Positions 40,681 through 54,700 of a stretch of 64,000 nt of DNA are shown here, in pieces. The DNA comes from Octopus sinensis. Taxonomy: Eukaryota. The DNA lies in assembly GCF_006345805.1 (NCBI RefSeq), contig NW_021832139.1, positions 1 through 64,000 of the forward strand, in the 5' to 3' direction. How positions within the stretch are numbered: the first letter of the stretch is position 1; each line of letters starts with the position of its first letter. Under the pieces are notes generated by a model. It did no database searches. It had not been told where the DNA came from and saw nothing but the letters and a program-made list of their open reading frames with translations. The position numbers were made by a program, and so were the translations under genes.

Positions 40681-42038
40681 GGAGAGAGAGAGAGAAAGGA
40701 AGAGATAGGTAGATAGATAGAAAGATAGATAAATAGAGGAAGAATGAAACAGAGAGAGAATAGCCCTCGGTGTCGCTATTCGTTATATTTCCCATCACCA
40801 ATATGTGCATCCCTACCTATGCGTAATCAGCCTCATTGATTTGTGAGAGAAGGCTTGGGACTTAAACTTTTACACACTATGAGAACCTGTATACCTAATG
40901 CGCTCTGTGCAAATCCTTCACATGTACCCTACAATTTCTTAATGAATCTTGTATATGATATGCCGTTCTGAACTATTTTAGATAATGCCACTGAAGCGGC
41001 TGAAATAAAAAAATATAAATATTTTGGCAACCAAAAATGATATCACATCTACGGAGCCTTCTTTGGATGAATATTGGCAGTAACTAATGGGGGAAATCAT
41101 TGTTTTATTCGTGTTTTGCTGCAACACTTGTTTTCTCTGAAAGTTTACGGATATTGCTTAGTGTGAAATTTTACTCTTATATCTAGCAGGTCCAGCGAAT
41201 ACGTAGTTACTCCCAACACTGCCGTAGGCACTTTTGTATACCAATGTTATAATGATTTCTGGAGCAAACACGAATGTTTGTAGGGAAAGACAGAATATAA
41301 ACTATTTCTATTAGCTGTTTCATGCCATGAAATACATTCAAATCTCAGTACTAAACACACCACAATTCCAGTGATACATGCACAAAAATTAAATGTCTTA
41401 GAGCTTCAAAGTATGTTGTTTGGGGCCTACTTCGAAAGTAAGGCCCAGGACAATATTTCTGAAACAGGTTTTAGGAACAAATACGCCCTATGTGGCATGC
41501 ATCAAATTCGGTTATTCAGACATACGTTGAGATCTCTAGTCATTCTAAATGGAAGAAAAATAGCACCGACTTTAGCGTATCTTGAATTCTGCCCAGAAAA
41601 GGGCCATAACTCGGTATGAGATTCAATTTCATGTAAAACAACGCCATTTAGTCTTACTATAACGTCTATTTTATCCGATATATTACTAATAAAAATATAT
41701 GCACAATCTATTGTATAAAGATGCATGCACGATCTATTGTATAAATTATACGAATTACATACTTGAAATAGATGCAGAAGAGCTAATGTAAAGTGGCATT
41801 AATCGATATTATTCTATGGAGTATATTGGATGGTCTGGATATTCAAATGAAAGAAAAACTTTGAATATTTTCGCATTGTCATTCTTTAATTTTGAATCTA
41901 TAAAAGGCTCTGGCGAGAAAGTTATATCTGCACGGATAAGCAATCATACAAACAGTAAAGATATGTTAACAAACACATAGACAAGGAGAATACACACGAT
42001 CAAACACAATATATTGACACCAATAGCATATATGTGTA

Positions 42039-42119
<81 letters not shown>

Positions 42120-42237
42120 ATCTATATGTATATATATATATTATATATATATATGCATAAACATATTGTATATATATATATAACAAACATACACACACAT
42201 ATAATATATATAAACACACATATATGAATATACATGC

Positions 42238-42270
<33 letters not shown>

Positions 42271-42406
42271 TAATATATATAATATATATATGTATATATA
42301 TATATATATATAATATATATATATACATAAATATACATATATATATATATGTGCACATATAGTATAATACATTACATATAAATATGTGCACATATATGCA
42401 TGTATT

Positions 42407-42437
<31 letters not shown>

Positions 42438-42486
42438 ATACATATATATACATATATATAAGTATGTGCACATATATGTATGTATT

Positions 42487-42553
<67 letters not shown>

Positions 42554-43308
42554 GCATATATATGCAAGTGTGTTTGTATGGTTTGTATATATCTATATAC
42601 GTGTATATATGTCTTTAAAATACATAGTTTCATGCACACACACAAACACATGCCCATACACACACATACAAATATATATATTCATATACACACAAATAGA
42701 AAAAGAAAGTGAGTGAAAAGGAGGGAATAATATATACGTACTCTGCTAGATGAACATCCGTGTGTATATCCAAGTAAGCGAAGGTGTATGCGTTTGTATG
42801 CGTGCGTGCTTGTGTGTACGTCTGTGTGTGTGTGTATGCGTCTGTGTGTATAGGTGTGTGTATGCGTGGAAAGGAGGAAGAGACAGAGAGAAAAGGTAGG
42901 AGAAAGGAAAAAACAGAGAGTGCGTGAGGTACAGAATACATGTGAAATATCGTATTTTAAACACTATTAATGTATGGCTGCAGCAGATATCCACAACTGC
43001 CACATGCTTACACGGTTATCAACATACAAGTGTGTGTGTGTGCGTGCAGGTGTGTCTGGGTGTGTGTGAGTATACCTGTGTATATGTGTGTGTATGTGTG
43101 TGTATGTTGTGTGTGTGTGTGTGGTGCGTGTCGTGGTATACTTGTACAGAGACACACATGCTTATATCTGGATCAAAATCTGTATTCCCACGGATTATAT
43201 GTCAATATATATGTTTGTGTGTGTCTGTGTGGGGGTGCGTGTCTGAATGTGTGTGCGTGCATGTGTGTGTTTGTTGTGTGTGTGTGTGTGGTAATATATA
43301 TATATATA

Positions 43309-43350
<42 letters not shown>

Positions 43351-44978
43351 ATATATATTGCATATATATATATGTATATATACAAACTTATATATGCATA
43401 TATCTATATGTAGGTTTTTTTTCGTGTGTATGCATATACACCTTTCTCTCTATCTATGTATCTCTGTATTATATATATATATATATATAGGCATATATAT
43501 GTATAAGTATATGTATGTATAAGTATATATATATATATATGTGTGTGTGTCTGTGTGTTGTGTGTTGTGTGTGTGTGTTGTGTGTTGTGTGTGTGTGTGT
43601 GTTGTGTGTTGTGTGTGTGTGCGTAGGGAAGGGAGAAAATAAAAAAAATATTGAAACAGATATTAAGAGAGGTGAGACAGAGAATGCAAGAGAAAGCAGG
43701 AGAGAGAAGAAGAGAAAGTGCTAGAAAGCCGGGGTAGAGGGCAGAGATGAGAATTACGGGTGACGTGAAATGAAATGCAATTCTAGCGTGTTAGCAATGA
43801 TGCTAATCTCTTTGGACACTATTTCTACTCTTGTGCGATAAGGGCGAATCAATCTCCCCGCCACTCTTCAAAAACTAATCAGTCGACCCCATGAATTATC
43901 TCCCTTCCTCATCGCTCTTCTTCCTATGCACAGCATTCGTCGTCCCTACCGCTACTGCAGGTGCAACCGTCATTTCTCTATTATCACTTGATCTTTTCTT
44001 CTTTCTCTTTAGGTTACTTTACTATTATTCTTGGAATAGGTGTTGCATATGCTTATTAGATTGCTTGTTTGACAGGCATTACACATTTGTGGGTCTCCAC
44101 CGGTTTCGACGAGGAATTTTCACTTGTAGCTTATTAAATTAGCAACAAAGTAGCTATGCATTTCATGCGGAGAGAAACAAATAGAAATCGAAACGGAATT
44201 ACTGCATCAACATTGAAAATAACGGAAAGTTTTCAATGATTGGCATCATTAAGTGACAGATCTATTCATTACTGATAAATCATTATTAATTTTTGTTGGT
44301 TAATAGCGAGCCCACTCCTCAAATACAATAGACTTAGCAAATATTTATTTTATTACATCCTTGTATACAAGCAATTTTCTTATCTAGATAACTTATTAGC
44401 TGTACGTTAAACAATTTCATCTTTGCCGCGCATTTTCTGACAGCTACATCAGCTATAAATAGTGTTTCTATCCATTTCCTAGTCAGTGGTTCGCTGTTCG
44501 TGTTAGAACACCTACTGCTCGTACTTACGTCAATGAACGTCCATCAGTTCCTACAGTCTGCTGTCGTTGCCAAATACTCAAACAAATACAGACTGGTGTA
44601 ATTATCTTTTCTTTGGTAGCATGAACGGCAGGACACTGTTGACGACACAAATATAAAGTTTTGTGTTTAAAATAGCAAAAGAAATTGTGTTCTTTTCACC
44701 GACTTCAACTTAAATCATTACACTTGCGATACTCGAAGAAAAATAGTCGTCATTACAAGCGTGATACCATAATGGAGAAGAATGAGTATTTTGATTACAA
44801 GTTCAGTCTTTGCGACGGGCTTCTACACAGTTTCCGTCAGAACAATGTTATTCATATGGATTGCGCACTCCAAGGGAGACACAGTTAATCCATTTCCTCA
44901 AAACACCACGCAGGATTACGGTAATGAAGTGGACATCGTAACTAATCAACTATGATTGTGTCATTATAACTTGCACGT

Positions 44979-45480
44979 GGCGGCGAGTTGGCAGAAACGT
45001 TAGCATGCCAGGCGAAATGCTTAACAGTACTTCGTCTGCCATTACCTTCTGAGTTCAAATTCCGCCGAGCTCGACTTTGTTAAGGCGGCGAGCAGGCACA
45101 ATCGCTAGCATGCCGGGCGAAATGCTTAGCGGTATTTCGTCTGCCGTTATGTTCTTAGTTCAAATTCCGCCGAGTTCGACTTTGCCTTTCATCCTATCGG
45201 GGTCGATTAAATAAGTACCAGTTACACACTGGGGTCGATATAATCGACTTAATCCGTTTGTCTGTCCTTGTTTGTCCCCTCTATGTTTAGCTCCTTGAGG
45301 GTAGTAAAGAAATAGATATTTCGTCTGCCGTTACATTCTGAGTTCAAATTCCCCCGAGATCGACTTTGCCTGTCATCCTTTCGGGATCGATAAATTAAGT
45401 ACAGGCTGCGTACAGGGGTTGATCTAATCGACTGGCCCCCTCCCCACAAATTTCGGGCCTTGTGCCCATGGTAGAAAAGA
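44979..45480 (+). mobile_element. Tandem SINE family B cluster (truncated head + dimeric copy)
   Basis: Heads at 44979 and 45084; second core restarts near 45315 after the linker. Confidence 0.85.
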
Positions 45481-45968
45481 TTATAACATGTAGAAAAGTG
45501 GGCGATTAACGAGTAGCTATAACAAGGGGACTGTCCGCCCCAGGTGCCGTTTTTATGCGGTCGTTACTTTTGGAACATCTGAATATGCTTCTTTAAGGAC
45601 AGGCGGCAAGCGTTACCACAAAATCAGGAGATTCCTTGGCTGGTACTAACCCTTGCTCCGTCACTGCCCTGAACGGAAACCCTAAGGTGAAAGGACGTTT
45701 ATAGAATGTGTTAAACTGAACAGCAGTTTTACAAGTACAAGTGCAAAAGAATCCAAGTTTCTCTCTACTCCCTTAACCAAGCATATTACAATAGTGTTAG
45801 CCAGAGCCAACACGCCGAAGGCTCGAAACACTATGATGGTATATGCACGTGCGTGCATGTGCGTTCGTGTGCATATGCGTGTGTGTATTTGCGTTATGCA
45901 TGCCTGTCATTTTATATGCAAATCAGTATACACGTACAAACATACACGCAAACACACACAAAATAACG

Positions 45969-46008
<40 letters not shown>

Positions 46009-46313
46009 ACATATGGTGTTGTAACAGCGAAATCAGTCTTACAGAAGCTAAATCTGTTGAAAATCTTTCAATTCTATTTCGATATCAGATTAAAATATTT
46101 AACAGAATTATAAATATATTTCGTCTCTCTCACCCTCCTTCTTTCTGTCTCTCTTCACCACTCTTTTTCTTATACACACACGCACACACACACACACTCA
46201 CACACACACAAACACCACAAACATACACGTACACACACATACATACATACATATACACACATGCCCACGTACATACATACATAAATACATATCTATCCAT
46301 TCATATATATATA

Positions 46314-46364
<51 letters not shown>

Positions 46365-46375
46365 CATACACACAT

Positions 46376-46414
<39 letters not shown>

Positions 46415-46630
46415 CACTTATACCAATATTCATATACATATATGTGTCTGGTCTGTCTGTGTGAGCGTGCGTGTGTTATTATATACATATGTAGTTTATA
46501 AAATTACCAGTTTTTCCTAAATTTGTTTATTTTTCTGTTTCTTTTCAGTTAATATTTCTTTGAATCTGCGGCGATTTCTCTCCACGTCTCTTTCCCCCTC
46601 CCCACTTCCTCTCATACACACATAAATACA

Positions 46631-46668
<38 letters not shown>

Positions 46669-46895
46669 AACATATGTGTATATATGTGCGTATGTCTATA
46701 TATATATATATATATATATATCTGCATATATATATTATATATATATATATATATATTTGCATATATATATATATATATATATATACGAGTGAGTGTGTCA
46801 GTATTTTTCGTAAATACAGGAAAATTCATCAAAATTTCTTTAGGATATATATGTATATACATATACATACACACACACACACACACACACACCAC

Positions 46896-46994
<99 letters not shown>

Positions 46995-47239
46995 ACATAT
47001 ACATACATACATACATATATATACATACATAGATATGTATATATATATATGTGTGTGTGTGTGTGTCTGTGTATATATACTCACTAATATTTTGTAATTT
47101 AAAAAAACAAACTTATGTATCAATATTGTTTTTCAATGATTAATATGTTTATTCTTAAATATAATATTCTCTTTTTATTACAAATTACTGCAACTAGACA
47201 AAGTCTCTTACATACAAAACCTCTGATCTAAGACGTCAC

Positions 47240-47665
47240 CGATGGAGCTATTCTTCTAGTTTTCTCCTCGTTTTAATCATCAAACTGTGGTTATGCCTCG
47301 AACCCGTCTTGAAGAGCTTTTCAAAGTGCGTTTTAGTCGAACAAACGAACCTCAGTATTGATGTGAATTTGTTAATCTTGGTATTTATTCTACCGCTCAC
47401 TTTCTGCCGAAGTAATAATTTACGCGGACGTAAACAAGCCAACAACGGTTGGACAAGCAGCGAGGGAGAGAACCAGAAAGATACACTCAGACTCGCACAA
47501 ACATGCAACGAGCTTCTTTTCAGTTTTCGTCTTCCAAATCCACTCACAAGGCTTTAGCGATCCCGTGGCAATACTAGAAGGTACTTAACTAAGGTGACAC
47601 GCGAGGTGACTGAACCCGGAGCTGTGTGGTTAGGAAAGAAACTTTTTTATCACACAGCCACGCCT
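47240..47665 (-). mobile_element. SINE family A, old diverged copy
   Basis: Degenerate match to the family A tail and head. Confidence 0.65.
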
Positions 47666-47667
47666 CT

Positions 47668-48060
47668 TTTACTCTTTTACTTGTTTCAGTCATTCGACTG
47701 CGGCCATGCTGGAGCACCGCCTTTAGTCGAGCAAATCGACCCCGGGAATTATTCTTTGTAAGCCCAGTACTTATTCTATCGGTCTCTTTTTGCCGAACCG
47801 CTAAGTGACGGGGACGTAAACACACCAGCATCGGTTGTCAAGCAATGCTAGGGGGACAAACACAAACACACACACACATACATATATACATATATACGAC
47901 AGGCTTCTTTCAGTTTCCGTCTACCAAATCCACTCACAAGGCATTGGTCGGCCCGGGGCTATAGTAGAAGACACTTGCCCAAGATGCCACGCAGTGAGAG
48001 TGAACCCGGAACCATGTGGTTGGTTAGCAAGCTACTCACCACACAGCCACGCCTGCGCCT
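47668..48060 (-). mobile_element. SINE family A, young full-length copy with short internal tract
   Basis: Near-identical to 6445-6890; lies directly adjacent to the older copy. Confidence 0.9.
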
Positions 48061-48662
48061 TACTTCTATATAAAATCCCACAGATCTCGAATCTGCTTCT
48101 CGTTTTTCTCTTAGGCTATTTAACAACACATCAAGTCCTGAAGTTGATATAACGATATGCATTTCCATTCGTTGCCCCAATTTCCTGTATGTTTATACGC
48201 ATGAATACTTTTGAGGTGCTGATGTGTGTAATTTGCAGCTAGTTCTTCCACAAGAGCGGCAACACACATATACATGCATATATACATTCATACATAGATG
48301 CATACATACACAAACACACACACACACATATATATAAACGAATGTATGGAATGCAAACAGTAAATAAAGACTACATACTTATCATAACTAAATGTTATGC
48401 GTACAGGCTTGATGCTTACTAAATTCCTGCACCACAATCATTTCGATTCGCACTACACGCGCGCGCAACTAGACCGGGAGTTGTCAGTGTTTACTAAGCG
48501 AAAAGACCTAAAGTTCCACTAGGCTCTGTCAGACACACGCAGACACACACAAACTCACACAAAACTTACACTCAAATACGCACACTAAGACAAACACACA
48601 CATTTAGGTACGTATACAAGTTTGAATTTGATATATTCATATATATATATATATATATATAT

Positions 48663-48975
48663 ATCACCGTGATCACCCTGACCGACCAGGCTGTCATATG
48701 TTGCTACACATCGCTGGTCACAATGCGCTTCGTATTGTTTTAGCCTTCAAATGACGCCACCCCACTGGCTAAGCGAGCAGGCCAACAGAAGAAAGAGTAA
48801 GAGAAAGTTATGGCGAAAGAATACAGCAGAGATCGCCACTACCCCCTGCCGGAGCTTCGTGGAGCTTTAGGTGTTTTCGCTCAATATACACTCACAACGT
48901 CAAATCTGGGAATCGAAACCGCGATCCTACGACCGCGAGACCGCTGCCCTAACCACTGGGCCATTGCACCTCCAC
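48663..48975 (-). mobile_element. tRNA-derived SINE family E
   Basis: Minus strand A box tggcccagtgg and B box gtttcgattcc; ends in gtgatcacggtgat plus (TA)n. Confidence 0.75.
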
Positions 48976-49601
48976 TATATATATAAACTGAGCAACGATG
49001 CATTGAGACCACCTATACAAGTCCACCCCCTCAAAGAAAAGAACAAGACTATGTAGTTATTGTTTTAATTTCTGAATTTCATAATTGAAGGTGTGTATGG
49101 ATATATATATATATATATAGATATAGATATATATATATATATAATATGAATATATATATATGTATATATATATAATATATGTATATATATATATATATTC
49201 ATATAATATGAAATATATGTCAACAACTTATAATTATGTAAAAATTGTAAAATACAAAACCAACAAATCCTTATATAAAACGTAGTCTGTTACGTTTGTA
49301 GCGATTTGTAATTAAATATAAATTTAGGAAATATTAACTTAATTGTTTCAGCCATTTTGTGAAAAATATATGCAATATTTTTACACACGATATAATTGGA
49401 AATATATACAACAAATCAAATGCTACTTGCAAATAAACAAACATTGTAAAGAAAGTGTATTTATTTGTTTCAGACATTATGTTAGAAATAGTTGCTAACA
49501 GGAAATTAGAATACAGTGTTAAAATGCTCCAGTCCATGAGCAGAAAAGATGGCAATCATTATTGGAGAATGAGCAATACACACACTATTATTTACACACA
49601 C

Positions 49602-49684
<83 letters not shown>

Positions 49685-49691
49685 GACATAC

Positions 49692-49732
<41 letters not shown>

Positions 49733-49733
<1 letters not shown>

Positions 49734-50290
49734 TGGGTTGTCCGGAAAGTTCGTGCCGATTTTTAAAGGAAAGAAAAAGGTCAATAAATACTTGCCATTA
49801 CAGTTTTAATCCACCTAATATGAACCATTTTGTTGCACAATGCGTCTCCATCATTTCTTTAACCTGAAAGTACCCTCTTTCCAGAATTGAGGTGGCTTCA
49901 TAGCAAAAGAATTCATCAATATATATTTTTACGTCATCCAAGGAATTGAAATTTTTACCATTCTGTAGAGACCTGAATAAGTGGAAATCCGAAGGAGCAA
50001 TATCTGGTGAATATGGAGGGTGGGGTAACATATCCCAGCAGAGCTGCAGCAATTTTTGTCTGGTTCCCAAAGCATCAAGTGCCGAAAATTTACTTTCTTA
50101 TCTTCCAATTTAAAGTGTTACAGAATTAACACAGGTTATAGGAACATAAACCTTCTTCCACGAAAAGATAGCTTAAACTGTGCTCTAAATAGAGTTGTAG
50201 TCAAATCCTATTTTATGGACTCAATCATGTTCTAAAATATATCGAAAGATAAGCTACTATAAATTGGCATGAACTTTCCGGACAACCTAT
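49733..50290 (-). mobile_element. Internally deleted mariner transposon (558 bp) with TIRs and TA target site duplication
   Basis: TA|TTGGGTTGTCCGGAAAGTTCGTGCCGATTT ... AAATTGGCATGAACTTTCCGGACAACCTAT|TA; transposase remnant LPHPPYSPDIAPSDFHLFRSLQN (YSPDLAP motif). Confidence 0.93.
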
Positions 50291-50676
50291 TATAACTGTT
50301 TATTTAAGAGCTCAATATACTTTAATATACTTCAAATGTTGTCTGTACAGAGATTTTGCACAAAATTATGACGTGACAACATACGCTTACAGTTTTCGTA
50401 TTTATTACGTCTCGTTTAAAGTTTGAAATAAGATAAACCAAAGCTACAAAAAAAAAAAAGGAAAAAAAATTGCCGTATGTATCTTTATTTTTATTCTTTA
50501 GCATCGATTTCAATTATTTAATCTCAGTATATGCTATGAATAAAGTATTCTATTCCTCGTAAAGTTTCCTCAAGGGCGCGTCTTTGATATTGCCCACCAT
50601 GTCTTTGGCCCTTGTGGCCAATAAAAGAAATCATCACCACCACCACCACCACCACCACCACCACCACTACCACCTT

Positions 50677-50723
<47 letters not shown>

Positions 50724-50931
50724 CCATCATCATTATTGAGCTGGCAGAATCGTTAACGCGCTAGACGAAATGCTTAGCGGTATTTCGCCCGTCGCTACGT
50801 TCTGCCGATGTCGACTTCGCCTTTCATCCTTTTCGAGAACGATAAAATAAGTACCAGTTGAACACTGATGCCGATGTAATAGACTCATCCCTCCCCCAAA
50901 ATATCTGCCCTTGAGGCAAAATTTGAAACCA

Positions 50932-51005
<74 letters not shown>

Positions 51006-51008
<3 letters not shown>

Positions 51009-51291
51009 TAGTTTTATTTTTATAGCGTGCTTTCACTTCACTACCGAGCGCAGCTCTGTGTGCCTTGGGTATGTGCTGTGATTTGTTGTGATTCACTGAT
51101 GGTTATTGTATGGAAAGTGTTCTGCGTAGGATGTGTGCAGTGCCTAGTAGTGCAATTTTCTGTATGTTATATGTGTTTGTAAGTCCTGGTGTTTTTGTTA
51201 TGTATTTGTCTGAATATTTTTTTATCATGCCTAATGCACCTACTATGATAGGAATTGTTTCTGTTTTTAGATTCCACATTCTAGTTACCTC
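51006..51291 (-). mobile_element. R4/Dong-like RLE LINE 3' end, subfamily 1
   Basis: EVTRMWNLKTETIPIIVGALGMIKK...IQKIALLGTAHILRRTLSIQ* plus 3'UTR; (ATT)n on both sides. Confidence 0.85.
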
Positions 51292-51293
51292 TA

Positions 51294-51324
<31 letters not shown>

Positions 51325-51330
51325 TATTAT

Positions 51331-51840
51331 CTCTTTATCACAGGTGTGTTGGAGCACCCGGAACCTTGCATGCGTAGCGGGCTTACTACTTGCAGCCTAC
51401 GGTACCATGCTATTCGTTCTTTTCACTTATCTAATACTTTCCTGATTATTCTGTCTGTACAGAGGAGGCAAACCTTTTGTAAAAGTTCTACTGGATGCTC
51501 TATTCCAATTTCCTTTATATTCCTCTTGGTGCTTTCTGATACTGTTCCTATGCACCCAACAATAATGGGCACTATCTTCACCTTCATTTTCCATAACCAG
51601 GCTATTTCGTTCTTAAGAGGGTTGTATCTATCTATCTTTCCGTTTTCCTTCTTGACTATTCGTGGGTCAAAGGGGCATTCAACACCTACTATATATCATA
51701 CGTGGTGCACCGTATCCACTACAACTAGGTCTGGTCTGTTATGCTCTAGCACGTAATATATTTGGATCGAGAAATCCCTGAAGATTTTACTAATGTTCAA
51801 CTCTTTATTTGCGGTTTGTGCTCATATCACGTCCTGCCTC
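51331..51840 (-). mobile_element. R4/Dong-like RLE LINE 3' end, subfamily 2
   Basis: HNRPDLVVVD...ECPFDPRIVKKENGKIDRYNPLKNEIAWLWKMKVKIVPIIVGCIG...LLQKVCLL...IIRKVLDK*; (ATT)n on both sides. Confidence 0.82.
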
Positions 51841-51868
51841 TATTATTATTATTATTATTATTATTATT

Positions 51869-51949
<81 letters not shown>

Positions 51950-51950
<1 letters not shown>

Positions 51951-52550
51951 TATGCTTGACTATTGATTTACATTTGCACAAGCTGGCTCCAAGTCTCACC
52001 CAGAGACCTCAAGAGACAACACGTTGGAAGTTCGTGTTGCTGTTATACCTAAGGTGCCATATATTTGGTTTTGTATTTAGTGTTGTACTAGTGAATGTCT
52101 AAAAAACCATACGAAAATTATGTTTGATTTAAAACTTGAGATTAAATAGAAAGCATTTTGCGTAGGATATGAGCAGTTCCCATGAGCACTATCTTTTGAA
52201 TTCCTGTCATTTTGGGGTTTCCTGGTATCTGAGTTAGGTAGTAATCAGCCCATTTTCCTATCATCCCCAGGGCACCTATGACAACAGGTATTGTTTTAGT
52301 CTTCATGTTCCACATTTTGCTGATTTCTATTTCAAGATCTTTATATTTGCTCAGTTTCTGGTAGGTCTTGACAGATACGTTTATATCGATTGGGACAGTC
52401 ATAGCAATGAGGAGGCATGTTTTTTGTCTGAAGTCTTTTACTGTGATGTCTGGCCTATTCGCATCTATCTTTCTGTCAGTTTGAATGGTGAAGTTTCAGA
52501 AGAATGAGATATCATTTTCAAGCACTGGAGGTGGTTTGTGTTCCCACCAG
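51950..52550 (-). mobile_element. R4/Dong-like RLE LINE 3' end, subfamily 3
   Basis: WWEHKPPPVLEND...NRPDITVKD...KLSKYKDLEIEISKMWNMKTKTIPVVIGALG...QKIVLMGTAHILRKMLSI*; (ATT)n on both sides. Confidence 0.88.
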
Positions 52551-52655
<105 letters not shown>

Positions 52656-52667
52656 GTTATTATTATT

Positions 52668-53218
52668 GAGTGAGAGAGCAGGGCATGCCATCAAAGTGAC
52701 ACTGGGGTAAAATATACGAAGCCCAATATACCCATCATGACTACCTCTGATAAGGTACACCAGGCACATGCATCACAACCATATGTGCGTGACATGGTGA
52801 TCTCATATCAAGAATAAACAGCACATGACCTTGCAGGTGGGGCCCAGTTACAATTTTCTTCAGGTTGAGTAGCCCATCCCGCTCAAAAGGTCCCTGAATA
52901 AGGATTGTTTAAGGATGTTGAAAGAACCACCCATGTTTCCAGAGGTGAATTATTCAAACCCCAAAGAATCCCTCTCAACACATGGCTATGATGCTCCCCA
53001 CTACTTCTGCTCGTGATCAGAGATGCACATATCGTCAGCCACTAAGGGACATGCTCAACTGGTTAAGGTCAAACAACTAACAAGCAAATATGTGGTATTG
53101 AGCAGAATATTTGCTGTAGCCCGTCTTTTATACCAAGACAAAACAATGTACATGATAACACTTCCAATCAGTTAAGATCAGAAGCCATGAGAGCCACTGC
53201 CTGGTACTGCATCAGGGC

Positions 53219-53220
<2 letters not shown>
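52668..53220. mobile_element. ~550-bp non-coding interspersed element bounded by (ATT)n
   Basis: Sharp boundaries with ATT tracts on both sides, GC-richer than its flanks, no ORF. Repeat status is inferred. Confidence 0.45.
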
Positions 53221-53284
<64 letters not shown>

Positions 53285-53307
53285 CATTATTATCAGTTGT
53301 AGTATTT

Positions 53308-53356
<49 letters not shown>

Positions 53357-53540
53357 CAGCAGCAGCAGCAGTCGTGTGAATAGATTTGGTATCCTTATTT
53401 TAGTGAGCCATACAAAACATATTCTTTGAATGGCTTAAACACTGAATCAGCTCATGAATGTTATAAGGTCATATTTTTTCTAAAAATAAATTTCACTAAC
53501 AGCGGCACTCACCAATACCCACACGCGCATATATATATGT

Positions 53541-53597
<57 letters not shown>

Positions 53598-53842
53598 TGT
53601 GTGTGTGTGTGTGTAAAATTAAGATTCAAGGAGCAAGATGTAGCAAGTTAGTAAGCTTGGAGCAGTCTGCTGAATACACGAAAAGAACTTTCTGGAACAA
53701 TAGTGGTTTACTGACGTCGAAGGTTGCAAATTGTTTCGATAGTGAAGTTTGCTACGCTGCGAAATGTTATTCTATAGCTTGCAATTACGAGCTCGGTTTC
53801 CTATGTGCATGCGAATAATTACCCCCCAAATTAGGAATGGAG

Positions 53843-53967
<125 letters not shown>

Positions 53968-54700
53968 ATAAGCAACAGGATACCCGGAGGTGATGCAGTA
54001 CGAACGTTTCAAGCGCCTCCATTCAATTGAGCAATGCAATCATTACATCAATTTAAATGCCGAGATATCCGCTTGAAACGGTCGTACTGCATCACCTCTG
54101 GATATTCTGTTGCTTATTTTGATTTTATCCACCTCATTTTGAAATTGTACGGATAATGCCGCACTAATTTTTGGTGCCACAACTTAAGTACCTAATTCAT
54201 CTGAATCTCAGTTATTTTGTGCATATATATACATACATAATACATACATACATACATATATATATACATATATATATACACATATATATATATATGTATG
54301 TATGTATATATATATGTGTGTATATATATATATATATTTAAAATTGAGGATAAAATCTTTATAAGAAATTATCAGTAGTTAGCGTGAAAAACCTCGTAAG
54401 AGAAAAAATCCGTAAATTTTTCCACTTTGAAAATATATATTTATATTATATGGAGGGTACTACTATTCATAGATACCGCACGCTAGGATATGTAACTAAA
54501 TTCTTTTTTTAAATGACTTGCTTTGAAGTTTTGCATTCGGTACAGTTTGTTTATTTTAGTAGTTATGGCCGCAAGGGCCCCTCCTAGCGTGCGGTATCTA
54601 TGAATAGTAGTACCCTCTATATAATATAAATATATATATATATATATATATGAAAAAACAAGTCAAAAATAGAAAATGCTAAAATAATTTTATAGTGAAC

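Noticed and set aside
44529-44634. Possible minus-strand exon with gtaagt donor
   Set aside because: Weak acceptor, unrecognisable peptide, and the phase-1 frame hits a stop.
45790-45832. gagcc...ggctcgaaac motif
   Set aside because: Folds as a simple hairpin (atagtgtt/aacactat) with no hammerhead core.
52668-53220. HDV-like ribozyme at the end of the TAA-flanked element
   Set aside because: I could not assemble the P1/P2/P3 nested pseudoknot on either strand by eye.
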